Source: Geosiphon pyriformis uo1
Lineage: Eukaryota; Fungi; Glomeromycota
NCBI GenBank assembly: GCA_016748015.1
Contig: JAAOMT010000439.1
Coordinates: 269,527 to 333,526, forward strand
Direction: 5' to 3'
DNA: 64,000 bases
The translations under genes and the position numbers were made by a program. Under the pieces are notes generated by a model. It had not been told where the DNA came from and ran no database searches. It saw nothing but the letters and a program-made list of their open reading frames with translations. Below are positions 25,700-38,448 of this stretch, one piece after another (the stretch's first letter is position 1; each line of letters starts with the position of its first letter).

Positions 25700-28301
25700 T
25701 TAGTATTTTCGTCTAACACCACGGGAATATCCATTCCCTTGTTTTCCACCTGCACCTCCACCTCTACCATAGCTCCCATTACTTCTCCCTCCTCCACGAT
25801 AACCATTACCTCTTCCTCCACCAAATCGACCACGTCCATTACTATTCTTACCGTCTCCGCCATAACTATTCCCATGTTTTTGATCCAACAATTCGGGGAG
25901 CTCTTTGCAAATTTCCAACGTGGTAGTGTTCGTATCTTCCCAAAGTTTACCAGCTAATATTATCCCACTGTTCTCCCCAACCCCAATCTCAACTTTATTT
26001 GAAACAATATCAAGTGCAACCCCTAATCCATCTTTTGTTAATCGCATTAATTTAACGGAATCCTGTGAAAGATTCGGAAAATTTTTTTCCATCATATTTC
26101 GTACATAACTCACATGTCTGATTGGATATGTGAACCGAAATAACAAGGTAATAAGACCCTCATCCCCAGATAACAATGAACGTAGTTTGACGCCATTGGC
26201 ATAACCTGTTAGGTAAGCTAAGGCGGCACTCAAAGCATCAATGGCACCTTTCTGATCGATTAATGACTGGGCAGTTTGGTGGAAATATGGTAATACACTG
26301 GGATTGACAGATATGACATTTTGAATAGCATCTTGTGCTACAGCTGCGATCAATTCATTTGGTTGTGGGGGGCCGACCATTGAGAACTTGATGTGAGTAC
26401 GCCTTTGAATATTTTGAATCAAGTATTCTTCTTGAGATTTGTAAAAAGTGACAGCAGTGCCAGGACGTCCAGCACGACCAGTTCGGCCAGATCGATGCAC
26501 ATAAGATTCTACATCCTTAGGGGGTTCACAGTTTATTACTAAATCTTATATTAAAAAAGTCAAAATATGAGAAAGGAAAGGGTCAAAATATGAGATAGCT
26601 TTTTTTTCATTAGCTACTTACCAACTTTAGGAATATCAATGCCTCTAGCAAGGACATCAGTACAAATAATGCACTTGAATTTGCCCTCCCTGAATGCTTT
26701 CATAGTAACTTCTCTTTGCGATTGGACAATATCTCCATGTAACACTTGAGCATCTTGTTTTAGTTTGTCATTAAGTACGAGTTCTGTTAAAATATTCAAT
26801 GTGAAATCAGATTTTGTTAAATCAGATTCAATAGTTCAAATAGAATTATTTTAATTTGAAGGGCTTACCATTTGCATCATTCTTGGTATTACAGAAAATT
26901 ACACATGAACCTTGTCCAGCATAGGCAGCAACCACGTCCCCAATTATATCTTTTCTAGAATGCCACGCTGATCGAATCGCAATGTGACGAATGTTTTCTA
27001 ACAACAAAAGTATAATAAATAAAATTGTTTTAATTTTAATACCCTAGAGAGATGAGTGGTGAAAAAAATCATCAGGGTAAATTCGGAAATACATACCATT
27101 TGTCTTGTTATCCATTTTACCAATGAGATCTATATTAATATAATCTTTTTGCAAATATTTTTTCACAGTTTCCTTTACCCAATCCGGAACCGTTGCGGAA
27201 AATAACATAGTTTGGTAGTCGACACTTTTTCCTTCTTTTCGTTTATGTTCTTGCACATCTAGCAAAACCTGTTCCATGGCCTCAGCGAAACCAATATCAA
27301 GCATCTGATCAGCTTCGTCTAAACATATAAATTTGAGACTGCCCAAATTCAAACTACCACGTTGAATATGATCTATCACACGGCCGGGAGTACCAACAAG
27401 CACGTCAATCCCGTCACGTAAAGCTTGAAATTGTTCAGAGTAAGGGACACCACCATACATGCATAAAACTTTGAAGGCAGAAGCAACTAATCCAAATTCT
27501 GAGGCAACTTGTTTGGCCAAATCTCTTGTCGGTGTCATCACCAAAACTCGTGGACTACGACCTCGAACCTTTAGGCTTTGAGTGAAATCAGGATCTTTCA
27601 TAAGGCGTTCATTTATAGGAAGAGCAAACGCCAAGGTTTTACCTGTACCGGTCTGAGATAAAGAAATGTTATTTGGATGTACTAATTAAACGAGATGAAT
27701 TTGGAAATGAGCAAAGATTTAATTAAAATCTTACCTTTGCTCTGGCCAGTACATCTTTCCCGTCGTATATGTAATCAAAAGTAGCAGCTTGAATAGGAAA
27801 CAATGCATTTATACCGCGTTTCTTCAGCAAATCAATAGTAGGTTGAGAAAGACGATAAGAGGAAAACTGCAAGTTATCTGGAGACTGATCTGGATCTATT
27901 TTTTCAATTTTAGATACTTGATTATCCTGATCTGTCGTTTCGAATAGTGATGATGATATTGCACCGTTCTCGGTCTTTCTCTTCTTTATAGGGTTATCCG
28001 TTACTTGGATGACATCAACGTCAACAGTTTTTCGTTTTAACTTATCCTTTGATTTTTTAGATCCCAAGTCTTTTAAGTGATTTTCGGAGAGGTTGTGGCC
28101 ATTATTTTGGGAGTTTATATCAACATGGTTATTTTTCTTCTCACTTTTATCCTCCTTATCTTTACCCTTTGACTTATCTTCATTTAAATCTTTCTTTTTT
28201 TTCTTTTTCTCTTCTGAGGGTATTTTCTGCTTTTTTTGTAAAAAAGTTTCCTTGGTTTTCGATTCTTTTGACGAATCTTGGAGCAGTGTGGTTGATACCA
28301 T
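25700..28301 (-). CDS. DDX21: DDX21/DDX50-like nucleolar DEAD-box RNA helicase (5 exons)
   Basis: Lys-rich N-terminus, Q motif [11 protein letters not shown]|[42 protein letters not shown], then RSLLSG followed by a GUCT-like domain and an RGG-rich tail. Confidence 0.88.
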
Positions 28302-28512
28302 AATAATTGTAAGGGTTCCACTGACAACTAAAAAGTCTAAAATGAGAAAAATTTTTCTAAATTATATAAGCGATCATAAAAAAAAAATAACTAATTTTCA
28401 TTGGACAATAATAGTTGGACAGACTATTGAAAACTTTTTTAAATCGAACTTTGACCATCATACTTAGTTTAAACTCTTTTCCTCTTTTAACTTTATTTTC
28501 AAAGTTTTCAAG
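28302..28512. promoter_or_regulatory. Short bidirectional promoter region between the helicase and uS13 genes
   Basis: Divergent ATGs are 211 bp apart. An RRPE-like AAAAATTTTT lies at ~28347-28356. Confidence 0.5.
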
Positions 28513-29313
28513 ATGATCCCACTTCTAGGAGCACAATTACCGGAACACAAAAAAGTAAAGGTAAAAATATATTTAGATCAAATTGAAATTGCCAAAAATA
28601 AAGAATTGGAAAAATCTTGTCATTACAACAACAACAACAACAACAACAAAACTTTATATTTTTTATTCATCATAATCTTACATTGATAAAAATTCGCAAG
28701 ATTGCATTAACAAAATTTCAAGGGATAGGAATACCAACCGCAGAAAGAATATGTGCTCGTCTCACGATTCACGAAACTTGTAAAATGGAAGAATTGAATG
28801 AGAACCAGATGAATCAATTGGCAGCAATTTTATCTGATATGAAACTTGGGGCAGATTTGGAACGTGAAGTGAAAAATAATATTATGCATCTTCGAGCGAT
28901 TGGTACTACTAAGGGAAAAAGACACGCGATGGGATACCCGGTTCGCGGACAGCGTACACAAACTAATGCAAAGACAGCGAGAAAGCTTAATCCAAGGAGG
29001 ATAAGGGAGTTTTCAAGGTAAAAACAAAGAAATAGAAGAGATTTAATGTTGAAATTGATTTATTGTTGTTGTTGTTGTTGTTATTGTTATTGTTATTGTT
29101 GTTTTTGTTTTTGTTTGAGCAATAATTTCAAACATGATATTTGATTCTAACTAGGTTTATCTTTTCAAAAGTTTAGCAAGATGTTCAATACGTTCTTCTG
29201 AATCATCTTCGTTGAATTATTCAATCTCACCAACAAATCTCGGCAAAATTTATACCTGGTCTTGTTCTCCAGTAATGCGTGTTATGAGTCAACTTCGATT
29301 TATATTTAAATGA
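28513..29313 (+). CDS. SWS2: Mitochondrial ribosomal protein uS13 (Sws2-like)
   Basis: Exon 1 MIPLLGAQLPEHKKVK (28513-28560). Exon 2 from 28701 IALTKFQGIG...RHAMGYPVRGQRTQTNAKTARKLN (S13 signature). It ends either unspliced at 29021 or via a probable third exon (~29181-29313); the 3' end is uncertain. Confidence 0.85.
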
Positions 29314-30179
29314 ATTTGGATTTTTTTTTTTTGAAACACAGGCTCTCTTATCCAAACCTTTCATCATGAATTTTAACATTTAATCAGTTCTTTAATTCAG
29401 TCATTCATTCGAGGCTTGCAAACTCAAAAATTTCGAATTTTACATGATAATCCAAAGATTGTCAAGAAAAAAAAAAGTTTTTTTATTAATAAAAATTTTA
29501 CTCGTAAAAGTTTCGATACCTATTTTTTTAATAATTTATTTCAACTTGGAATTTTAAAACCATAAGAAATAATCTATTTTGAAATTACAATGATTGAAAC
29601 CAATGAAGAAACCTGGCTAGAAAATTAAACATAAATTTATTCTTAAATATTTTCCATGTTAAATAATTTTTATTTATTTTCAATTTATTTTATTAATATT
29701 AACAATATTAAAAATAAATAAATAAATAAATAAATTTTCTTTTATAAATTAATTATTTTTCTAAATATTAATTTTATTTATTTTTTTCAATATAATACAT
29801 TTGTTAATTAAAATTCAAAATAAATAAAACAATATTTATGTTACAAATAAAAATATTTTAAAATTGAAAACAAATAAGATTTGACTAAACAAAATTCAAA
29901 AAAAATAAACATATTTAAAGAAATAAAACTAAAAATAATTGATATTAATAAAAAATTATATATAAAATTATTATATATATGTAAATAAAATAATATAATT
30001 TTAAAAATGTAATTTAAAATTTTTCTTTTATTTATTAAAAATTTTAATAATAATAAATATTTAATCTACATATTTAATCTATTTAAATATATTTTAATAA
30101 GTTTTTAATATTGAATAATTTAAAAAAATAATTATTTTAAAATAAAAATTATATATTCTTATGATAATAAATTAATTTT

Positions 30180-30460
30180 GCCCAAGATGAGGGCTGAATG
30201 CGAAATGAGGGGTTTGATTATGGATGTTCGTGGTTTGACGATGCTTAGCTCTAGAGAGTTTATTCGTAGAGGTGGTTTTGCTTGGGGTCGGTTAGTTAGT
30301 TTTAGTCTCGCCGTTAGTTTCTGATGTTTTTTGTAGGCCTGTTGGTACTGTAGACGCGTAGTGTAGCCTTGATCGGCTCGAGTGGCTGGTCACGTGTAGA
30401 AAAGGTATGTGCCACGCATATTTTTATGATTGTATTGTAGTAGTTAAATAACAATTTTTT
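30180..30460 (+). mobile_element. CpG-rich 5'-truncated fragment of a divergent LINE family (ORF2 end + 3' tail)
   Basis: Encodes PKMRAECEMRGLI...* (cf. KH*VFMEKHGLI in ORF2). It is followed by TGATCGGCTCGAGTGGCTGGTCACGTGTAGAAA, the shared tail. Confidence 0.7.
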
Positions 30461-30698
30461 ATTTATTAAAAAATATTAAGTGGTTAATGGTTAAAAAATT
30501 AATCAATTTATCAATTTAATTGAAAATGGATATTTTGTTGATGTGACTCAATTCGTCGCCTCTTGTCTGTCTTGAGGAGTTTGAAAACTTGACCCTATTT
30601 GTTACTTTAAAAAAACAAGTTTTATATGACATAATGCCACTATCAGGATTGAGTAGTGAGGAGAGTATAGTTCTCTATATCAATCAATTTTTACTATT

Positions 30699-30704
30699 AC
30701 GCGT
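30699..30704 (+). promoter_or_regulatory. MCB-like element (ACGCGT) upstream of RAD50
   Basis: Exact MluI cell-cycle box 80 bp before the RAD50 ATG in a CpG-poor genome. Function is inferred from MBF-regulated replication/repair genes in yeasts. Confidence 0.4.
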
Positions 30705-30784
30705 TTCAAGAATTAGTAATAGTCGAGATTCAAAGTAACTAGCGTAGGACACGCACTCTTTTCGACTCATTTCTGCTGGCTGCC

Positions 30785-33700
30785 ATGTCCCTACTGTTGA
30801 AGCTCAAGATCCAAGGAATTCGCTCTTTTGATCCAGATACTCCCGCACAAATTGAATTTCAAACACCACTCACTATACTTGTTGGTCATAACGGTGCCGG
30901 GAAAACTGTATATTACATTCCTTTTTTTTTTTGACTTTTTTTTTTTTTTATCTAATCCTTTCTCCACCTCTTAATTGTTTGTACTCATGTTGTTGTTGTT
31001 GTTGTTTCACCTTTTAGAGTATTATTGAAGCCTTAAAATATGCGACCACTGGTGAACTTCCACCTAACGCCAAGGTTGGAGGTGCTTTTGTGTATGACCC
31101 CAAGGTTATTGGTGTTTTCATCTGCTCTTTTTTCAAGAAACACTTTTTCCTCGATAACTAAAGCTTTTTATACAGATAAAAGGGGAACCAAACGTTAAAG
31201 CCCAAGTACAATTACTCTTCAGGGGCGTTGACGGGAACGAATTCATATGCTCGCGCTCTTTGCAAGTTAAACAAACCGCTGGAAAGTTATCCCTTAGTAC
31301 CATCGAAACCCTATTACAGAGCACTAACCGCCAGACTGGAGAGGTCCCTTATTTGCAGTTTTTTACTCTCATTTTTTAATCTAATTTCTGTAAACTCAAA
31401 GAAACCCTGTTTCACAGAAATCTAGTATCACTGGTCGTTGTGCAGCAATTGATGCTGAAGTTCCTATTCAACTTGGCGTTTCAACGGCAATAATTGATAA
31501 CGTGATTTTTTGTCATCAAGAAGACTCTTTTTGGTAAGTTCTTAAATTCTCTCGCTTATCCCCATCTTTCTGGTTTTAATCAATATTTTCATTTTTACTG
31601 CTACTCATTTTTCTTATTTGATCAAAGGCCTCTATCGGATGCTACTACTCTCAAAAAGAAATTTGATGAAATATTTGCGGCGACAAGGTTTGCTTTTTGA
31701 AGAAAAAACCAACCAAAATATTTCTTATTAATAACATTTTTTCAGGTATACTAAAGCTCTCGAAGCAATCAAAATTTTGAAAAAACAAAAAACTATCGAA
31801 TTGAAAGAGGAAGAAATGAAATTAGCTCATTTAAGCCAAAATAAAGAGAAAGCAGACAAAGTATGAATATTTCAGTTCAAGAATTTTAAAACAAATCAAA
31901 TATTAAAAACGAATTATTACATTTAAAGCTGTCTATTCGACAAGAAGCATTGTTAAGGAATGCTGGTGAATACAAAAAAAAAGTGGAAGTGCTTGAAACT
32001 ACCGTTGAAGAAACTTCAAAATTAATAGAAGGCTTGCTGGAAGCTATTCATAAATTAAACATGCTCAAAGCTCAGCTTAAAGAAAAGAAAAATGAGCAAA
32101 GTTTCTTGGAAAGCAGGATAAAGATTGTGTCTGAAACTTTAAAAGAGCTTCATGGTAATTAATTTCCCGTTTTTCTGTAAAGTTTTCAATTTCCTTACTA
32201 ATGCTCGACCTCTTATTTAATCAAATTAAAAACAGAATCGGATGAAGAACTGAAGAGGTTGTATGAAGAATACAGTACAAAAGTTAATACAAATGATGAG
32301 ACAAAACAAGATTTGCAAAAGAAAAAAGATCAGATATCTTCCGAGATTAGTCATCTAAGATCGGATTTGAACACTCTTCATCTAAAACTAGGGAAGTTTC
32401 AAGCCCAATATGAGGTAACTGATTTTTCCTATTTTTCATTATCTTTGGAAACTTGATACAATTTATTTTTCACTTGCTTTGTTTGATTTTTAGGTTAATC
32501 AACAGCGAATTATTGAGCGCGAGAAGCTGATACAAAATATTTCAAATGTTCGCAATATTCCTGGATATGAAAATGTTCCTTTCTCTAATGAAAAAATAAA
32601 CTCTTTTGCGGAAATTCTTAACACCCAAATTTTTAATCAAGAACGTATGATTTCTGAAATCAGGGTATGATATATTCAGTCATATTAATTTGGATGATTA
32701 GATAGATTTCGTGCATATTTTACATGATTCTGATCGTTTTACGTAGGGAGAAACACGGCATTTCCAGCAAGAACTCAATAATCAATTAGCCGCTTTCAAT
32801 TCCGAATTGAAAAGGCATCAACAGACAAAAGAGCTTGCACAAAACCAAATTGTAAGCATTAATAAGTAAAAAAAAAAAAAAAGAGAAATTGTTTTTCTTA
32901 ACAGGCTTTCCCTCTGTAGATTTTATGTCGTAGTAAATTGGATCAGAACAACCTTGAGATTGATTCTGTTAAAGTTAGTCAAGCTGAAATTAAATCAATT
33001 GAAGCTCAATATAACGAGGAGGTTAGTTGATTGATTGACGAACATACTTGGTGAATCGTTTGTAACCATTATTCATTGGATTTTTTAAATTTTCAGCTTG
33101 AGAGCTTGGAAAATGTTAAGAGAACTTTAATGAATGATAATTCACAGTCGAAGTTGACTCAGTTAAACGCTGATTTGCGGGAAAGCACAAATAAGCTAAC
33201 AGAGATTGATCAAGAAATTACTGCGCTTAATTTCGAAGTAACCACTCGCAGCAAGCTGGACATTCAAAGAAAAGAAAAGCGAAAAAAGGAGACAAATTTT
33301 CAAAATTTGTATAATTTCCCAATCATGATTTTTGGATGAATATATATCAATAGCTTCAATTTCTTTATAACCCAATAACCTTTGAAATTTTACTCACAGA
33401 CTTGAAACGCATCAAGGGCAGCTCAGGATTTTTCTCAACAGGGAAGTTCAAATAGAAACTGTTGCGGGTGATATGGAAGAAGCCTTGCGGTATCTATCTT
33501 GAAGATTGTTTATCAAGCTTTAACAAAATTCATGAATAACTTCATTTAATTAAATTTTCAATAGTAAAAAACAGCACCAAACAAAATATATCGCTGAACA
33601 ATTGCAAAAGGAAAAACTTGGTATTTCAGCTATCGAAGCCAAGTTAACCAAATCACATGGAGAAGTTCAACGGAAGCGAGGTCAATGCCAAGGTAAAATA

Positions 33701-36700
33701 TACATTTGTAATCCTCTAATTTCAACGTAAATTTGTAATTTCTCTTTTCCTATAGACCATGAGAGAGGGTTGAACAAACTCTGTAAAGGTGCTCAGCTTC
33801 CTGAACTCCTTCAGGATACCGAAGCAGCTGTGTTAGGATTACGAGAGTTGGTATCCCTCTCTAAAAAAAGTGATTTTTATATATATCAGTATTCTTGATC
33901 TAATTTCTTTTGGATTATCAACTAGTGAACTATCATCCACGACAAGTGCCTCTTCATTATACACAAGGTTCATCGATCAGTCCAAAACTACTCATGCGTG
34001 TCCTTTATGTAATCGCGGTTTCTCAACCACTAAAGACCATGAAGAAATGTTGCGCAGGGTAAAAATTTTAGGATTTAACAATTATTTCGCAACATCCTAG
34101 TTTTCAAACACCTATCTATCGGGCTTTTTTATATTATTTAGCTTGAAAAACTTACGGGTGATAGAGTCCCGGAAAGAATAGCAACAATTAAGCGCGATGT
34201 CGCTCAAGAAGAGAAAAGGCTCGCCGAACTCAGAGGACTTAAATCTTTATGGGATGATGTAATTCGCCTGAAGAATATCGAAATACCTGATATTCAAAAA
34301 GAAATCGGAGATCTCGAGGGAGAAAAATCTAAAAAATTGTCTTCAATTGGTGATGTAAGTCCTACTCGATACCCTTCGAGAATCAAGATTTTGTATTATG
34401 ACTTGTCTGGCGAATCCGTAACCTTTACTATTCTGTAGATATCAGATGAACTTTTAGCACTTGAGAGTGAAGTTCAACATATCGAAGATTTATGTAAAAT
34501 AGCTGGGGAAATCTCACGTCTCAGCAACGAACTCGGTGGCCTCAATAAGGAAATTGAATACCTGCAACAGGAGCTGAGTTATTCCGGCTCTACAAAGACG
34601 ATTGACGAGGCCACAGAGGAGCGAGAAGCTGTACAACAGAAATTGTTGGTTTTTATTTATTTTAATATAATTTTGAACACTTTCCTATTTATAGATGCCT
34701 TGCTGTGTTTTTTTTGTTGAGTTTAACACTTATATTGAATTCATATAGATTAAAGCTAAATCGCGAGATTAATCAGTTGAATTCTCGCATTCAAGCACGA
34801 CAACGTGAAATTCAGGGACGGCAAGAGCAATTGCATCAGACGCACCAGCAATTAATGGAAAAACAACACCAAATCTTGATGAAAGAACAAGCAGAGAAAA
34901 AGAAGCAGGAGCTTATGGCAGAGATAAAACAACAAGAGCTATTAATCATTGTAAATACCAGTAATTTCTTGAATCATATTCAGACCGAATTTAACGCTGA
35001 TTCAATGTATCCAGGAAGCCGATGCGCAAATTCAGTTCATAAATCCCCAAATCACTGTTGCTACAAAGAGCTTGAAAGAAAAGAGTGAGTTGGCTTTGGA
35101 GCAAGAAAATTCGGCAATAAGTGAACTTCAAAGATTGCAAAATGCTTTAAACAAGATTAACACTGCAACTCGAGAAATCGAAAGGTGACTATTAAAAGAA
35201 AAAAAATGATTTTACTATTTAAATTTTTGTTTATAAATCTGAAACCTATTTTCTTAAGCTTCACCCAAGAAGCTAACCCAGAAATTCTCAATCGATCTGG
35301 TGAGGAGGCTAAGCGTTTGGAAGATGAAATAACGAAAAAGACACGCGACATTGAAGCAATTGATGCACAAACTCATAATATTGATAGACTAGCTTCTCAG
35401 GTAGAGAATACGCGGCGAATAATTAAAGATAATGTTGATTACCGAAAACTACAAAGTGATATTGAGACTTGTGTCGCTGAGATTCAACATTTGGATGGTG
35501 AAATTGGGAAACAAGATGACACAGGATATAGCAATCAATTGAAAGTATTGAGGAACAAGCAAGAAGAAGCATCTTCAAAGGTCTGAACTTTGATTATTTT
35601 GAAATTTTGGTTATGGTCAGGTCTTGATCAACTAATCTACTCACCACACATCCACTGATATGGTTCGAATATTTTAGAAATCGATGCTTAGTGGAGAGTT
35701 ATTACAAATGGAACAACAAATAAATTTTATAGAGAAAGAATTCGAAACAGATTATAAAGACGTTAAAGAAAATTGTCGCAGACAATTGATCATTTTCAAG
35801 GTGAGACCGAAATTTTCGAAATTTTCGTTCGTTCAGATAATTTTTGTTAAATAATTCCAAATATTTAGACCTTGGAAATGGCAGTTGATGATCTTGTAAC
35901 CTATGCTAAAACTTTAGATTCGTAAGTTTGTTAATTTTTAATTTCTTATTCTTTAGGAGAGTCCTAATTTGATTCTCGATTATTTATTCTTAATTTACTA
36001 GAGCAATAATGAAATATCATTCAATGAAAATGGTTGAAATTAACAAATTTATTCAGGATCTATGGGCCAACATATATCAAGGAAATGGCAAGTATTTGGT
36101 TTGTCGTGGTTTATTAACTCGAGCTCACAAAACTACCTTAATAATATACACATCTAGATATTGATCGTATCGAGATTCGTTCTGAACAAGAAACGGTTAG
36201 AGCCAATCGGACTTATAATTATAGGGTAAACTATCATGATATACTTTTGATTGGCTCCAGTCTTTGACTTTAAAAAGGACATAAATATTAGGTTGTGATG
36301 GTGAAGGGGAATATTGAACTCGACTTAAGAGGGCGATGCAGTGCTGGACAAAAGGTTTTGGCTTCGATTATCATCCGAATGGCTTTGGCTGAAACGTTCT
36401 GTGTAAACTGTGGCGTTCTCGCCCTTGACGAACCAACTACCAATCTTGATCATGATAATATGTTGAGCCTGGCTCGCAGTCTGTCAGAGTAAGAACCCGT
36501 GATTTTGACTTTTATGTCGGCAGTTATATAAAACTCATGTACAAAATTTTCTAGTGTAATCAGGAAACGTCAAGCTCAAAAGAATTTTCAGCTGATTTTG
36601 ATTTCTCACGACGAAGAATTTGTGCGTGAAATTGCTCGTTCTGAATTAACCGATTATTGCTACAAAGTCAAGAAAAATTCCCAGTAAGTCTTTAGTTTGA

Positions 36701-36800
36701 TATAAAACTTTTTCAAAGCTCAAATTGAAGCTGCTGAATTTATAAATTTTAAATTAGAAAAAACAGTATCATCGAACAAATTCCCATCGATCAGTTGTAA
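30785..36800 (+). CDS. RAD50: DNA repair protein Rad50 (MRN complex; about 28 exons)
   Basis: [15 protein letters not shown], Walker [11 protein letters not shown]-loop [13 protein letters not shown], long coiled coils, zinc hook ACPLCNR (~33995), signature [13 protein letters not shown], Walker [13 protein letters not shown]-loop [10 protein letters not shown]. Stop TAA at 36798-36800. Confidence 0.97.
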
Positions 36801-37249
36801 GGTGTGGAGCTCAACATAGCAAGAAATATACATTCATTTCTAAAATTAAATCGAGCCTTTTTTGCTATTAATTTTATTGATTGTGGATGGTTTGATGACA
36901 GATGATTTAGACCACCTTGGAACTTGTAGGTTTGGTTAACGGTATTTTTATTTATCGTATTCAATATTTCTTACTTATTCACCCAAATATTCTAAAGGTA
37001 CACTATTCAAGATTGATAGCCGTGATCTCAATATTTGCATAAAGAAAATGGTGATTAAAATGGATATTAGTATCTTGAGAAAAAAGTGTAAAGAATGCAT
37101 ATACTCCAAACGCTAAAATTTTTTCATGATACGAAAAATTTTCGAGTAAAATAATTGTGTAAGAGCAGAATCTGTATTTCTTGGATTAGAGAGTTGTGAA
37201 AATAAATAATTTAGTCATGAAAACATTAAATGGCATGTTACCACAATCA

Positions 37250-38430
37250 TTAATTTCGATGATTTTTTGGCTAAAACAAATTATAATATTAATATTGTGT
37301 ATTTTTAATTATTGGATTGAAATTTTGGTTTTTTCCAAGTATTTAATAAATTGGTTTTGGTATTAACTTCTTTTGGTGATTTTTAATAAAGTTTTAACAT
37401 TTAATGTAATTTTCTGGTTTTAAAAAACAAATTAAAAATAATACTATTGTTTAAACTTTAACAAGTAATATAAAGAATAGTAAAATTATTATTATTTTGT
37501 TTAAATTGCCTTCTAATGTGATAACTATTGCGATAACAAATGTGGTCCAGCTGTTTAATGTTTGTAATTATTAAAAAGTCAGTTTTAATAAGTTGAATGC
37601 TGTTTTAATAAATTATTAACATATTTTTCGTTTTCTTGTAAACAGAATATTAAATTGAGTTTTTAAATTAAACAAATATTGTTTTTTAATGTAAATATTA
37701 AATAAATTTTGTTTAATTGTGATTTAATTTTTATAATATTAATTACAAGTAAATTAAAAATACAAAAACTTTTTTTCTCTTATATTTTTATAATTATTTT
37801 TGAAGCAAAAAGTATAAAAGCTGTAAATATCATAGTATTTGAAGTTATTAATAATATTTTTACCAAAAATACACTTATAGCTATAGAAATTACTTAATAG
37901 TATTTTATAAAAACATTTTTTTTAAATAATATTATAGTAAACCAATCTTTTATTAATTCTAAACCTTTTTTTTGGTTTAAATAAGAATTGTTTTCCAAAG
38001 TTTTCAAAATAATACATTAAAAACAATTTTAATATAATTATTGCTATCTTAAAAAGCTTTAGAATTTTTAATAATTAAGCTGTTATTTTTTTGCAATTTT
38101 TTTATTTATTGCTTAAATAATAAAAAAACCAAAACAACAAAAAAACAATTTTTTTTTAAGTTAATTATTAATCTTTTTAAAATATTAGACAACTTTGTGT
38201 TTTTAACAATATTTTAAATATTATAAAATTGGTTTTTTTTGGTTTTTTTTTTAATTTTATAATACTAATACTAATTATAATACTTAGTTTTATTGTAATT
38301 ATAAATAATAATTAATATTTAATTTAAATAATAACAATAGAAATATGTTTGCCAAATTTGTATTAAATTAATATTTAACTTTATTTTTTAATGTATTTTA
38401 TTTAATTAATTATTATTAATTCTAATAATA
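37250..38430. mobile_element. Eroded retroelement relic, family unresolved
   Basis: Abrupt switch to CpG-free, very AT-rich sequence of the same texture as the identified relics. No diagnostic motif could be read. Confidence 0.3.
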
Positions 38431-38448
38431 CTATTAAAAATTAGTTAT

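Noticed and set aside
28617-28700. Poly-Gln N-terminus of the 134-aa ORF
   Set aside because: This is the intronic (CAA)n tract. The real first exon is 28513-28560.
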